A DNA stretch of 64,000 nucleotides, from IMG/VR virus record IMGVR_UViG_3300037245_001361, positions 7,214 to 71,213 of that record; one strand, written 5' to 3'. The first letter of the stretch is position 1; every line of letters begins with the position of its first letter. Source of the DNA: a virus. This document shows positions 1-8,370 of this stretch, piece by piece. The translations under genes were made by a program, and so were the position numbers. The notes beneath the pieces are model-generated. The model had not been told where the DNA came from and did no database searches. It was given only the letters and a program-made list of their open reading frames with translations.

Positions 1-170
1 TTGATGAAGAAGAGGTGATAGCTAATGGAAAATTAATGGCTGCTGCACCTATTTTGTTAAAAGAATTACAAAAAATACAGCTTGACATTAAATTGGGTAC
101 AATTCCTATAAAAAAAGATTCTCCAATTGCACAAGGTATTGAAAATGCTATTGCGAAAGCAACAAAATAA
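1..170 (+). CDS. 3' part of phage hypothetical protein (ANxxLxAAAPxLL...AIAKA family)
   Basis: Manual translation from base 3: DEEEVIANGKLMAAAPILLKEL...ENAIAKATK*, stop at 168-170; truncated by the window edge. Confidence 0.7.
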   Translation, partial: DEEEVIANGKLMAAAPILLKELQKIQLDIKLGTIPIKKDSPIAQGIENAIAKATK

Positions 171-172
171 AC

Positions 173-196
173 TCAGGGAGCTTAAATGCTCCTTGA
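173..196 (+). repeat. Intercistronic hairpin H1
   Basis: TCAGGGAGC-TTAAAT-GCTCCTTGA, one G.U pair, directly after a stop codon. Confidence 0.8.
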
Positions 197-213
197 ATTT
201 TAAAACCTAAACT

Positions 214-393
214 ATGAACTCGTATAAATTAAATGGACAGGCAGGGCATCATTTTAGAACTGCTATTTGTAAATTCTTAGGAATACATCATACTGAAATC
301 TATAAAACAGTAAAAGATATAGACAGAAATGGTGTAATAGAATTAAAAGATGGAAGAAAGTTTAAAATTGTATTAGAAGAATTAAAAAACTAA
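214..393 (+). CDS. hypothetical protein (59 aa, below ORF-track cutoff)
   Basis: MNSYKLNGQAGHHFRTAICKFLG...VLEELKN*; AT-rich leader, fills the gap between genes. Confidence 0.65.
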   Translation: MNSYKLNGQAGHHFRTAICKFLGIHHTEIYKTVKDIDRNGVIELKDGRKFKIVLEELKN

Positions 394-397
394 ACTT

Positions 398-562
398 ATG
401 TATGTATCAATATTAAATTTCCGAGAAGGAGAAGTAGAAATTATAGAAGTGGATGATGTTACTATTACAGACGAACATGATATTCAAAAAAGGTTAGGTC
501 ATTCTGATTTTCATTATATGACTACCGAAACACTTAAATTGAAAGTAAATAATGAATGCTAA
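398..562 (+). CDS. hypothetical protein (54 aa)
   Basis: MYVSILNFREGEVEIIEVDD...KVNNEC*; starts 4 nt after the previous stop. Confidence 0.65.
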   Translation: MYVSILNFREGEVEIIEVDDVTITDEHDIQKRLGHSDFHYMTTETLKLKVNNEC

Positions 563-752
563 CCAGTATTACGATTTGCTATGCAAAAAGAAAGCAACAG
601 AAATAAAAGAGAAAAAGACACCATCAGTAAGTCTGCATGGCAAAATAGGGCATATAATAGCAATGGAAACAATGTCGGAGATACACTTGGGAGTTCAAGA
701 CGTAAAAGAACGAGTGTTGCCATCGGCAATATTTTTGGAGCCAATTGTGTAA
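552..752 (+). CDS. possible overlapping small ORF (66 aa)
   Basis: ATG coupled to the end of the upstream ORF; overlaps the first ~57 codons of 581..1720 in another frame. Confidence 0.35.
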   Translation: MNANQYYDLLCKKKATEIKEKKTPSVSLHGKIGHIIAMETMSEIHLGVQDVKERVLPSAIFLEPIV

Positions 753-1720
753 TAAAAAATAAATCCTCTTTAGAGGTAGATCTGATTCTTAATCAAGGAA
801 TATTTTCAAAAAGTACTCCCGAAACTGTTATTAAAGATATTTTCCCAGAAGTAAAAGAAAATCTCAACCTTGAAGGCTTAGAATTTAGTGAAATAACAAG
901 ACCTATAGATTTTCTTGATGCAATATTAAAGGCTTACAAGCCATCAATTAAGCACGAGGAATGGGATTTGCATTATGATAAAGCATCAAGTAAGCATATA
1001 ATATCTTGTATTCACGATATTGATAAAATACCAGTAAAAGGCTATTGCCCTCAGTTAGATTTCTTACCTATTTTAAGTAAGAATAATCGTAATCTCTACG
1101 ACTTGTTCATTGGCTTGTTTGGTTTGTTCAATAACACATTATATTCAACATTCTATTTTGATGACGATGAACTTGAATATGCTATTGAGTATGTTGAATC
1201 GGGAATTGAAGATGAGGATGAAGAAGATGTTAAAGCTTTATGCCAAGACTATGTAACAATGTATAAGTCAGGAAATGTAAAGGTAGTAGAGGATGAAATT
1301 AAATCCTCTAAAATTAAACTACCAATGCTTAAGAAAAGACTGAAATCATTTGTGCCAAACAATGATATTGAAAGTATTTGTGTGAATTTCATTAAAGAAT
1401 CGATAAAGCTATTTAGGTATAAAGACAATTTCTGCAATTACATACATTTTGTTGGAAAAGAATTAGAAGAAGGAACACCTATTAATCCAAATGTTTATGC
1501 TTCTTTAGAGTGGAATTTTTCTGAAGACAATCCAATAGCTCGGCATCAACAAATGCTAACTAATTCTAATTGGGGAGAATATGGAGATGTACCTTTTAGG
1601 TATACAACTATAAATGGTAAAGAAAAGAAACCATCAAAATTCATCTTTGATTATGTGAAAATGTTAGAAACATTATGTGATATTTCTATGTCAGTAAAAG
1701 ATTCGGAGAGCTCTTGGTAG
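581..1720 (+). CDS. PRTRC system protein F-like (Bacteroidota type)
   Basis: ~380 aa with an acidic central tract and a low-complexity basic N-terminus, immediately upstream of PRTRC B; call rests on position and size. Confidence 0.5.
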   Translation: MQKESNRNKREKDTISKSAWQNRAYNSNGNNVGDTLGSSRRKRTSVAIGNIFGANCVIKNKSSLEVDLILNQGIFSKSTPETVIKDIFPEVKENLNLEGLEFSEITRPIDFLDAILKAYKPSIKHEEWDLHYDKASSKHIISCIHDIDKIPVKGYCPQLDFLPILSKNNRNLYDLFIGLFGLFNNTLYSTFYFDDDELEYAIEYVESGIEDEDEEDVKALCQDYVTMYKSGNVKVVEDEIKSSKIKLPMLKKRLKSFVPNNDIESICVNFIKESIKLFRYKDNFCNYIHFVGKELEEGTPINPNVYASLEWNFSEDNPIARHQQMLTNSNWGEYGDVPFRYTTINGKEKKPSKFIFDYVKMLETLCDISMSVKDSESSW

Positions 1721-1730
1721 CTCTTTGAAT
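1701..1730 (+). repeat. Intercistronic hairpin H2
   Basis: ATTCGGAGAGCT-CTTGGT-AGCTCTTTGAAT, 12 bp with two G.U pairs; overlaps the last codons of 581..1720. Confidence 0.8.
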
Positions 1731-1745
1731 TTAAAACCAAACTAA

Positions 1746-2441
1746 ATGAATAATATTATACAACAAGACTTTAAGCCATTACAGGCAATAATAGTCTATC
1801 AACAAAATTTATCAGGACATAATGGAGATAATTATTATTTAGAAACAAGGAGGATCCACAAGAATAAAATGATGGAAGGAACTCCAATGACTAAATCAGC
1901 ATTATCCAAAATAGTAGAAGAAATTAATACTAAAGAAATTGAACGTATTCATTGTGATGGCATACTGCCAAGTAACTTATTATATTGGGGAAAGAAAAAC
2001 CTAAACGTTGAGTTAGTATGGTATGTTAAAAGTAGCTGGAAGTCGTTAAGTTTTTCAAAACATTTAGGAATTAAGGATGGAAAGATAATTGCTCCTACCT
2101 TAGTATTCAAATTGTCAGGAAATACTTTATCTGTATTTGCAGTTAAAACAAAAACTCCTAAAGAAAATACCATACTTTATAAGGCCCCATTTCACAATGT
2201 AAATGAAGTAGGTCAAATATGTATGGGAACAGCTAAAGTTGTAAAGTCAAGTGAAATAAAAACAATTATGAAAAGCTATGAAGATGGCTTTTTTCAATCA
2301 AAATTTACCGAAATTCATGGAGGGGGAACACCAATAAAGGCAAACCTCAACATAATACTTAATGAATGTGTAAAGATGGGTGCAGCAGTACCTCATTCAT
2401 TATTTAGAAGACAAGGTAAACTTGTAAAAGATTTAGTATGA
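1746..2441 (+). CDS. PRTRC system protein B (prokaryotic E2 family D)
   Basis: LPSNLLY, LVWY, PTLVF, LSVFAVK and LYKAPFHNVNEVGQICMG (E2-type HxNV...GxIC catalytic motif). Confidence 0.85.
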   Translation: MNNIIQQDFKPLQAIIVYQQNLSGHNGDNYYLETRRIHKNKMMEGTPMTKSALSKIVEEINTKEIERIHCDGILPSNLLYWGKKNLNVELVWYVKSSWKSLSFSKHLGIKDGKIIAPTLVFKLSGNTLSVFAVKTKTPKENTILYKAPFHNVNEVGQICMGTAKVVKSSEIKTIMKSYEDGFFQSKFTEIHGGGTPIKANLNIILNECVKMGAAVPHSLFRRQGKLVKDLV

Positions 2442-2794
2442 TAGATGGATTTGAACAATATACAGAAGATGTAAAAGCAGAAGACTTACCAACTATTAAG
2501 ATGTTAGCAAAAGGATTAAACGCAAGAATAGGCGTTGATAATGCTATCACTAATAAAGATATTCGAGAAAGCTTTTTAGAAAAGAAAAATTTAAAGATTG
2601 GAGATCCTAAGCTTAGAAAATTCATTCAATTTATTAGAGCAAAAAGATATGTTAATAACCTATGTGCATCAAGCAAAGGTTACTATCGTGCTGAAACTAA
2701 AGAAGAATGGTTAGAGTATAGAGAGGGTTACCGAGGAAGAGTAAAGTCAATGCAATTTACATTGGCATGTATGGATAAAGAACAATTTGTATGA
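2438..2794 (+). CDS. putative winged-helix DNA-binding protein
   Basis: GxxNAIT...LRKFIQFIR...ASSKGYYRA...EE pattern typical of small phage wHTH proteins. Confidence 0.5.
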   Translation: MIDGFEQYTEDVKAEDLPTIKMLAKGLNARIGVDNAITNKDIRESFLEKKNLKIGDPKLRKFIQFIRAKRYVNNLCASSKGYYRAETKEEWLEYREGYRGRVKSMQFTLACMDKEQFV

Positions 2795-2997
2795 AAAAAG
2801 CAGAAAATAAAGACGTATTAAAAGGAATGGATTGGCATAAACACCTTATCAATTCTCAATTTAGCAGTAAAAAACAAGAGGAAATGTATAATTGCACTCA
2901 TAATTATGTTGCAATTTATCTTCTTGAAGGATATTACTTTGCTTTTGGAATAAGTAGAGGTTATAAAAATTTAGCATCACTTAAAAGATTAGTATGA
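2791..2997 (+). CDS. hypothetical protein
   Basis: 68 aa with ATGA overlaps on both sides. Confidence 0.6.
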   Translation: MKKAENKDVLKGMDWHKHLINSQFSSKKQEEMYNCTHNYVAIYLLEGYYFAFGISRGYKNLASLKRLV

Positions 2998-3746
2998 TTC
3001 ATTTTGCACCAGAATACATAATGAACCCTACCCACCCAATTACTGTAACGGTAGTTGGTGTGGGAGGAAATGGAACCGAAGTGTTAAACGCTTTGGCAAA
3101 AATGCACGTAAGTTTAATTGAATTAGGTCATCCGGGTTTACACGTTCAAGCAGTTGATGATGATATTGTAGAACAACCAAACATCGGTAGACAGAAATTC
3201 TCTCCTGCAGATTTAGGAAGATATAAAGCTGAGGTTATTATTACCCGAATAAACAGATTTTACGGTTTGAATTGGATGGCAATACCTGAGAAATTCAGTG
3301 ATGAATGGAAAGGAACTAACCTTATTATATCTTGTGTTGACAATGTTAAAACTCGATTGGAAATTCAAAAAGAGTTCAACAAAGACAGAAGAAGTAAAAC
3401 AGATTATACAGCTCAATGGTATTGGTTAGACTTTGGAAATGGTAAAGACTATGGACAATTTGTTTTAGGTTCCCATATTGTTTTACAACCAGAATCAAAA
3501 CACGAAACCACAGGTAACTTACCAAGTGTTATCGAAATGTTTCCAAATATGGTAGATAATGAGGAGCTTAGTGGACCAAGTTGTTCAACAAGAGAAGCAT
3601 TATTAAAACAAGACTTATTTATTAACGCAGTTCTTGTAGCTAATGGTATGAATCTCTTATGGAGATTATTGACTAAATTTAATATCGACTATCATGGTGG
3701 ATATGTAAATACAAGTACTGGAGTTACAAGACCAATAAAATTATAA
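2994..3746 (+). CDS. PRTRC system ThiF/E1-like protein (protein A)
   Basis: VVGVGGNG nucleotide-binding loop, DDDIVEQPNIGRQ, SCVDN, WLDFGN, GQFVLG and PSCSTREALLKQDLFIN. Confidence 0.9.
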   Translation: MIHFAPEYIMNPTHPITVTVVGVGGNGTEVLNALAKMHVSLIELGHPGLHVQAVDDDIVEQPNIGRQKFSPADLGRYKAEVIITRINRFYGLNWMAIPEKFSDEWKGTNLIISCVDNVKTRLEIQKEFNKDRRSKTDYTAQWYWLDFGNGKDYGQFVLGSHIVLQPESKHETTGNLPSVIEMFPNMVDNEELSGPSCSTREALLKQDLFINAVLVANGMNLLWRLLTKFNIDYHGGYVNTSTGVTRPIKL

Positions 3747-3747
3747 T

Positions 3748-3990
3748 ATGCAATATCCGATTGTAATCTTAATGCAGAAATATGAGGAATTAGACAGAGA
3801 GCTTGAAAGGATTTCAAAAACTATGGGCCCAGGTAATCCGGGTAGAAATGTTCCGTTGGCAATAGTTAGAATAACTAAATATAAAAATGATTTGTCAGAT
3901 GCGATAAATCATCTTGAAGAATTGTCAACAGTAGATGAAAATCATCCTGCTCCAAAAAAAGGAGATGAAATAAAGTATAAAAAAGAATAA
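3748..3990 (+). CDS. hypothetical protein
   Basis: 80-aa ORF starting 1 nt after the ThiF stop. Confidence 0.6.
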   Translation: MQYPIVILMQKYEELDRELERISKTMGPGNPGRNVPLAIVRITKYKNDLSDAINHLEELSTVDENHPAPKKGDEIKYKKE

Positions 3991-4019
3991 ATTCAGGGGG
4001 GCTTTGCGGCTCCTTGAAT
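3991..4019 (+). repeat. Intercistronic hairpin H3
   Basis: ATTCAGGGGGGC-TTTGCG-GCTCCTTGAAT; near copy of H1. Confidence 0.75.
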
Positions 4020-4035
4020 TTAAAAATATATAATT

Positions 4036-4227
4036 ATGTACGATGTATTAAGTCCTGATGGTTTTTCCATCACAAGAGATGAAATCTACAAAAGTGAAAA
4101 AGAAGCACAGACAGCTTTAAATAAGTTTGTCAAAAGATTTGAAAAACAAGGTCACTATAGTAGTGTAAGTAAAGGTCGAATCCACGTAAGTAAATTGGAA
4201 TCGTATTGTAAAATTGTAAAAGTTTAA
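4036..4227 (+). CDS. hypothetical protein
   Basis: 63-aa ORF with a good AT-rich leader (MYDVLSPDGFSI...). Confidence 0.65.
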   Translation: MYDVLSPDGFSITRDEIYKSEKEAQTALNKFVKRFEKQGHYSSVSKGRIHVSKLESYCKIVKV

Positions 4228-4229
4228 TT

Positions 4230-4376
4230 ATGGCTTGAAATATTAGTTGTCCAAATTGCCACGAAGGATTTGGAAAAGATAAAGAAAACCCAATAGAAAT
4301 GTCTTGTGATAATTGTGGAGAAGAATTTCACAATGAATATGGTTATGGAACAGATGAACATGAAGAAGAAAACTAA
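4230..4376 (+). pseudogene. small zinc-ribbon ORF interrupted by an in-frame TGA at codon 3
   Basis: ATG GCT TGA then NISCPNCHEGFGKDKENPIEMSCDNCGEEFHNEYGYGTDEHEEEN*; two CxxC motifs. Confidence 0.55.
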
Positions 4377-5253
4377 AGAAAGAATAGATCCGTATCAATT
4401 ACTTACTGATAAAATTATCAGCAAATTAGAAGCAGGCGAAATCCCTTGGAAAAAGCCTTGGAAATCAGTTCAGTTTGGTTATCCTAAAAATATGGTTTCA
4501 AATAAAGTGTATAAAGGAGCTAATTTCTTTAACGCATTGTTTGAGGATAGAGAATCTCCGCATTGGCTTACATTTAAACAAGCTAAAGATATGGGAGGTT
4601 CAATTAAAAAAGGAGAATCTGGAATGCCTATTGTTTATTTTCAATTTTTAGAGAAAGTAGATGATAAAGGCAATGAATATGTAGTTCCTTTAGTTAAGAA
4701 ATCAACAGTATTTAACATTGAACAATGTAAAGATATTGAAAACCCAACAGCAGCACAAAAAGAGGCTTGGAAACTTGAGAACTTAACAGAATTTAACCCC
4801 ATTGAGAGCTGCGAGAACCTACTATCTACATTTGTAGACAAAGTAGCACCTTTTGAAAATACATCTCATCCAAAGGCTTATTACAGACCATCATCTGATA
4901 CTATAAATATGCCAATGAAAGAGAGATTTATAACTCCAGAGGGATATTATGCTACTTTATTTCACGAAATAGGTCATTCAACAGGAAGCTCTAAGAGATT
5001 AGATAGAGATGGTATAACCGGAAACCATCAACATGGAAGTAAAGGTTATGCTAAAGAGGAATTAGTTGCAGAACTTACCTCAGCTTTCTTATGTTCTAAA
5101 GCAGGAATTGAAAATGATGTTGTAGATAATAATGCAGCATACATCAAAAGTTGGCTTGGAGCATTGAGAGATGATAAAATGTTAGTTTACGATGCAATGA
5201 AAGATGCATTTAAAGCTATCGAGTATTTAGGAATTATAGAAGCTGAAGCATGA
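4360..5253 (+). CDS. ardC: ArdC-like antirestriction protein (ssDNA-binding DUF1738 + zincin-like domain)
   Basis: IPWKKPW, YKGAN, WLTFKQA, VFNIEQ, AYYRPSSDTINMP, YYATLFHEIGHSTG, YAKEELVAEL, AAYIKSWL; start moved from the track's GTG at 4306 to ATG 4360. Confidence 0.92.
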   Translation: MKKKTKERIDPYQLLTDKIISKLEAGEIPWKKPWKSVQFGYPKNMVSNKVYKGANFFNALFEDRESPHWLTFKQAKDMGGSIKKGESGMPIVYFQFLEKVDDKGNEYVVPLVKKSTVFNIEQCKDIENPTAAQKEAWKLENLTEFNPIESCENLLSTFVDKVAPFENTSHPKAYYRPSSDTINMPMKERFITPEGYYATLFHEIGHSTGSSKRLDRDGITGNHQHGSKGYAKEELVAELTSAFLCSKAGIENDVVDNNAAYIKSWLGALRDDKMLVYDAMKDAFKAIEYLGIIEAEA

Positions 5254-5447
5254 AAATAAAGAAAACTAAAAAAGCATACGTTGAGTACTTAAATGAATGC
5301 TGTTGTCCAGAACAAGGTTCAGAAGAATGGATTATTGGAGGAACAATTAGAATGGCTTATATGTGGAAACAAGATTACGGTACTGCATTAAGAAAATATG
5401 ACCCAATAGCATTTGAAGTTGGATTTAGAGAGTGGAAAACACAATAA
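5250..5447 (+). CDS. hypothetical protein
   Basis: 65 aa, ATGA overlap, LRKYDPIAFEVG motif. Confidence 0.65.
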   Translation: MKIKKTKKAYVEYLNECCCPEQGSEEWIIGGTIRMAYMWKQDYGTALRKYDPIAFEVGFREWKTQ

Positions 5448-5448
5448 C

Positions 5449-5476
5449 AATATAGAGCCCTTAGTGGCTCTATGTT
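5449..5476 (+). repeat. Intercistronic hairpin H4
   Basis: AATATAGAGCC-CTTAGT-GGCTCTATGTT. Confidence 0.75.
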
Positions 5477-5496
5477 ATTAATCAAACTAAATAATT

Positions 5497-5823
5497 ATGA
5501 CAATAGAAACAATAAATCAAGAACAGCTTGATAGGCTTTTAGAGATTCAGAAAGATCATGGGCTTTTGACTTTTCAAAATGATGGATATACTTATCCAAA
5601 TAAAAATAGTTGGAGTGATGAAGATAATGCAGCTTTTAAAGAGGTTCAAAAAATGATAGGAGAACATATCAAAGGATTTCACAGTTTAAATCATTTTAGA
5701 ATGTCAAGAAAGGGAGAGCTTCAATTAAGATTTCAATATGATTATGGAGCAGACAATAATAGTCATTCTTTTACAGGTGTTGGATATATTACACTTAGAG
5801 AATTAAGACATGGATTTGATTAA
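5497..5823 (+). CDS. hypothetical protein
   Basis: 108-aa ORF coupled (TAATG) to the methyltransferase. Confidence 0.7.
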   Translation: MTIETINQEQLDRLLEIQKDHGLLTFQNDGYTYPNKNSWSDEDNAAFKEVQKMIGEHIKGFHSLNHFRMSRKGELQLRFQYDYGADNNSHSFTGVGYITLRELRHGFD

Positions 5824-6683
5824 TGGGTAAGATTTCCAAAGAAGAAATGAAACGTCATAGTAAAGCTATGGAGATATTGGAAAAAGATGAATTATCTTTT
5901 GACGACAAAGTTTATGTTTTTGAAAATTACCATGAAGGAGCTACAAATATGAACAACTTGATAAGTGCTCATTTTACACCAATGCAATTAGCTTGGTCAA
6001 TGGAGCAAAATACAGGTTATACAAATTTTGTGGATCTATGCTCAGGAATTGGAATACTTTCTTGGTGTATGGTTCGTGGTTATCAAATGGGGCACATGTC
6101 ACATAAAAAAGACCAAATAGGTATCTGTATTGAATATTGTGAAGAATATTACAATATTGGCAGAAAATTACTTCCAGAACTTCATTGGATTAATGGTAGT
6201 ATTTTTGACGAAAAGGTAATTGCTGAGGTTAAAGAAATAATGAAAGGAAAAACCTTCTCTATAATTTCTAATCCACCTTACGGAAAACAAGTCAAAACTG
6301 ATACTAAGCATTTATTGAAGTATAAAGGCTCTGAATTTGAATATAAAGCTATTGAGGTAGGTTCTATGATGGGAGCAAGTACTGGAAGCTTTCTAATACC
6401 ACAAGGTTCTTGTAATTTTAAGATTACAGGAGTTAGTGGTTTTGAAAAAGTAGATGATAATTCCAAGTACAATAAGTTTGCTAAAGAATCAGAATTAATT
6501 ATGAGACCAAACAATGGCTATACTACTGAAATTACGGATGGAGACGGATGGAAAGATGTTTCTATTGTAACTGAGATAGCTATTTTTGACTATGAAGATG
6601 ATAGATTGGAAACTCCTGAGATAATTAGTGATGAAGATTTTGATATTCATCCTGACGATAATGAACAATTAAGCTTATTTTAG
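5823..6683 (+). CDS. solitary N6-adenine (amino) DNA methyltransferase
   Basis: HFTP, DLCSGIG (SAM-binding motif I), ISNPPYG (motif IV); no adjacent restriction endonuclease. Confidence 0.85.
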   Translation: MGKISKEEMKRHSKAMEILEKDELSFDDKVYVFENYHEGATNMNNLISAHFTPMQLAWSMEQNTGYTNFVDLCSGIGILSWCMVRGYQMGHMSHKKDQIGICIEYCEEYYNIGRKLLPELHWINGSIFDEKVIAEVKEIMKGKTFSIISNPPYGKQVKTDTKHLLKYKGSEFEYKAIEVGSMMGASTGSFLIPQGSCNFKITGVSGFEKVDDNSKYNKFAKESELIMRPNNGYTTEITDGDGWKDVSIVTEIAIFDYEDDRLETPEIISDEDFDIHPDDNEQLSLF

Positions 6684-6685
6684 AG

Positions 6686-6725
6686 AAAGTGCCAAGGGTT
6701 TTGTCCTTTGGTGCTTTTTGTTTTT
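6686..6725 (+). terminator. Hairpin H5 with T-rich tail, likely intrinsic terminator
   Basis: AAAGTGCCAAGGG-TTTTGT-CCTTTGGTGCTTT followed by TTGTTTTT. Confidence 0.65.
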
Positions 6726-6738
6726 AAAATTATATTAT

Positions 6739-8178
6739 ATGAAAAAAAATGACTTACAGCTTAACTTAATGTCAGAAAGTAGCTTTATAGGACAGTCCAA
6801 TATAGATATAGAGGAAATCGTTTTAGCTACTTTCGTAAATTACCCTGAATCATATTTTAAAGTTGCCGATCAATTAAGTGTAAGTGAGTTTTCTGTAACA
6901 GAAACCAAATATATTTATATGGCAATTAAAGAATTAGCAGAGGTTTCAAAAATAGATATAGCTACCGTTACAGATAAATTAATTCAAAAGAAATATACTG
7001 ATATAATCTACAAGCAAAAGAAAGGTTTTGACCTTGTTGTTATGCTTAATGGAATATGCGAAAGGGTAGATAATGATTATCACTTATTAGAACATTGTAA
7101 ACTTTTAAATGGATATGCTAAGCGTAGAAAACTTACAGCTTTAGCAGATGACATTAAAAAGAAATGTAATGATATGGTTGACCCTATGGAAGTTATTTCT
7201 GATGTAAGCACTACAGTTGTAGAGATACAAGAAATGGGAGATATTGAAGAGTTTGATTTAAATGCTGAAAATAAGAAAGTTCTAAAAGGATTAGACTCTA
7301 AGAAAGATGGAGAAACTGATGTTAGAACCCACATAGATGCTATGGATAAATTTCTATACTGCTTAGAACCTTCAGAATTAATTATTATTGGAGCAGCACC
7401 ATCAATGGGTAAAACTTCTCTTGCATTAGAAATATTCAAGAATCAAATTGTTAACGAAGTTCCTGCAGCTTTCTTTAGTTTAGAAATGGGTGTAACTCAA
7501 CTACTAAACAGAATGTATGCTGTAGAATCAGAAGTTCCTTTAAGCAATATGAGAACACGTAATCTTTCCCCATTAGAAAGGAAAAAGATAAACGTCACTA
7601 TCGGAGAGTTTGAAAGAAAGAAGAAATTCTTTATTGATGATCGTGCCAGGAAGATTTCTCATATAGCTAATAAGATTCGTAAATATGTAATAAGACATAA
7701 AGTGAAAATAGCAATTATTGACTATCTTCAATTAATGACTTGTGATATGGGAAGACCGAGCAATCGAGAACAAGAAATATCTATCATATCAAGAACCTTA
7801 AAAGAATTAGCTACTGAACTTGGTATTCCAATCATTGCATTATCTCAAATTAATAGAGGTATTCATTCAAGAGCAGAGAAAAGACCTACTCTTGGAGATT
7901 TAAGAGAATCAGGTTCTATCGAGCAAGATGCTGATATGGTAATATTTGTCCATAGACCTGCATATTTTGAACTCGCACAAGGAATACCCTATGTAGAGGA
8001 AGCCGAGCTGATAATAGCAAAAGGTAGGTCTACAGGTGTAGGTACAGTTTATGTTAAGTTTAAATCAAGTATGACTAAATTTATTTCAAATGAGCAAGAA
8101 TTACAAACACACTCGGATAGTCAAGGAAGTTTCCCAGAAAACGGGAATATCGCCCCAAGTGGTGAGTTTGATAGTTAA
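6739..8178 (+). CDS. dnaB: replicative DNA helicase
   Basis: Walker A GAAPSMGKT, FFSLEM, IIDYLQL, ALSQINR, DLRESGSIEQDAD; N-terminal DnaB domain; ATG 6739 preferred over TTG 6718. Confidence 0.95.
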   Translation: MKKNDLQLNLMSESSFIGQSNIDIEEIVLATFVNYPESYFKVADQLSVSEFSVTETKYIYMAIKELAEVSKIDIATVTDKLIQKKYTDIIYKQKKGFDLVVMLNGICERVDNDYHLLEHCKLLNGYAKRRKLTALADDIKKKCNDMVDPMEVISDVSTTVVEIQEMGDIEEFDLNAENKKVLKGLDSKKDGETDVRTHIDAMDKFLYCLEPSELIIIGAAPSMGKTSLALEIFKNQIVNEVPAAFFSLEMGVTQLLNRMYAVESEVPLSNMRTRNLSPLERKKINVTIGEFERKKKFFIDDRARKISHIANKIRKYVIRHKVKIAIIDYLQLMTCDMGRPSNREQEISIISRTLKELATELGIPIIALSQINRGIHSRAEKRPTLGDLRESGSIEQDADMVIFVHRPAYFELAQGIPYVEEAELIIAKGRSTGVGTVYVKFKSSMTKFISNEQELQTHSDSQGSFPENGNIAPSGEFDS

Positions 8179-8359
8179 ACACTTTTTTGCAAGTCTTAGA
8201 AGTTTAACCAAAAGGAATGAAGACATCAATATTCAAGGATTCTTCTCATTAAAGCTTTCGGGATATTATAAAAAGAAAATCAAGAAAGAGGGTAAAAACA
8301 CCAACCTTAGAATAAGGAAGGATAAAAAACAATACTACGTTAAAAAAACTAAAAAATAA
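8090..8359 (+). CDS. HU/IHF-like DNA-binding protein
   Basis: IVKEVSQKTGIS...EDINIQGFFSLK, highly basic, 89 aa. Confidence 0.65.
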   Translation: MSKNYKHTRIVKEVSQKTGISPQVVSLIVKHFFASLRSLTKRNEDINIQGFFSLKLSGYYKKKIKKEGKNTNLRIRKDKKQYYVKKTKK

Positions 8360-8370
8360 CACAATAATCA

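Noticed and set aside
398-562. 54-aa ORF as the missing ubiquitin-like modifier
   Set aside because: The N-terminal beta-hairpin pattern is only vaguely Ubl-like; it is short and ends in NNEC with no C-terminal Gly.
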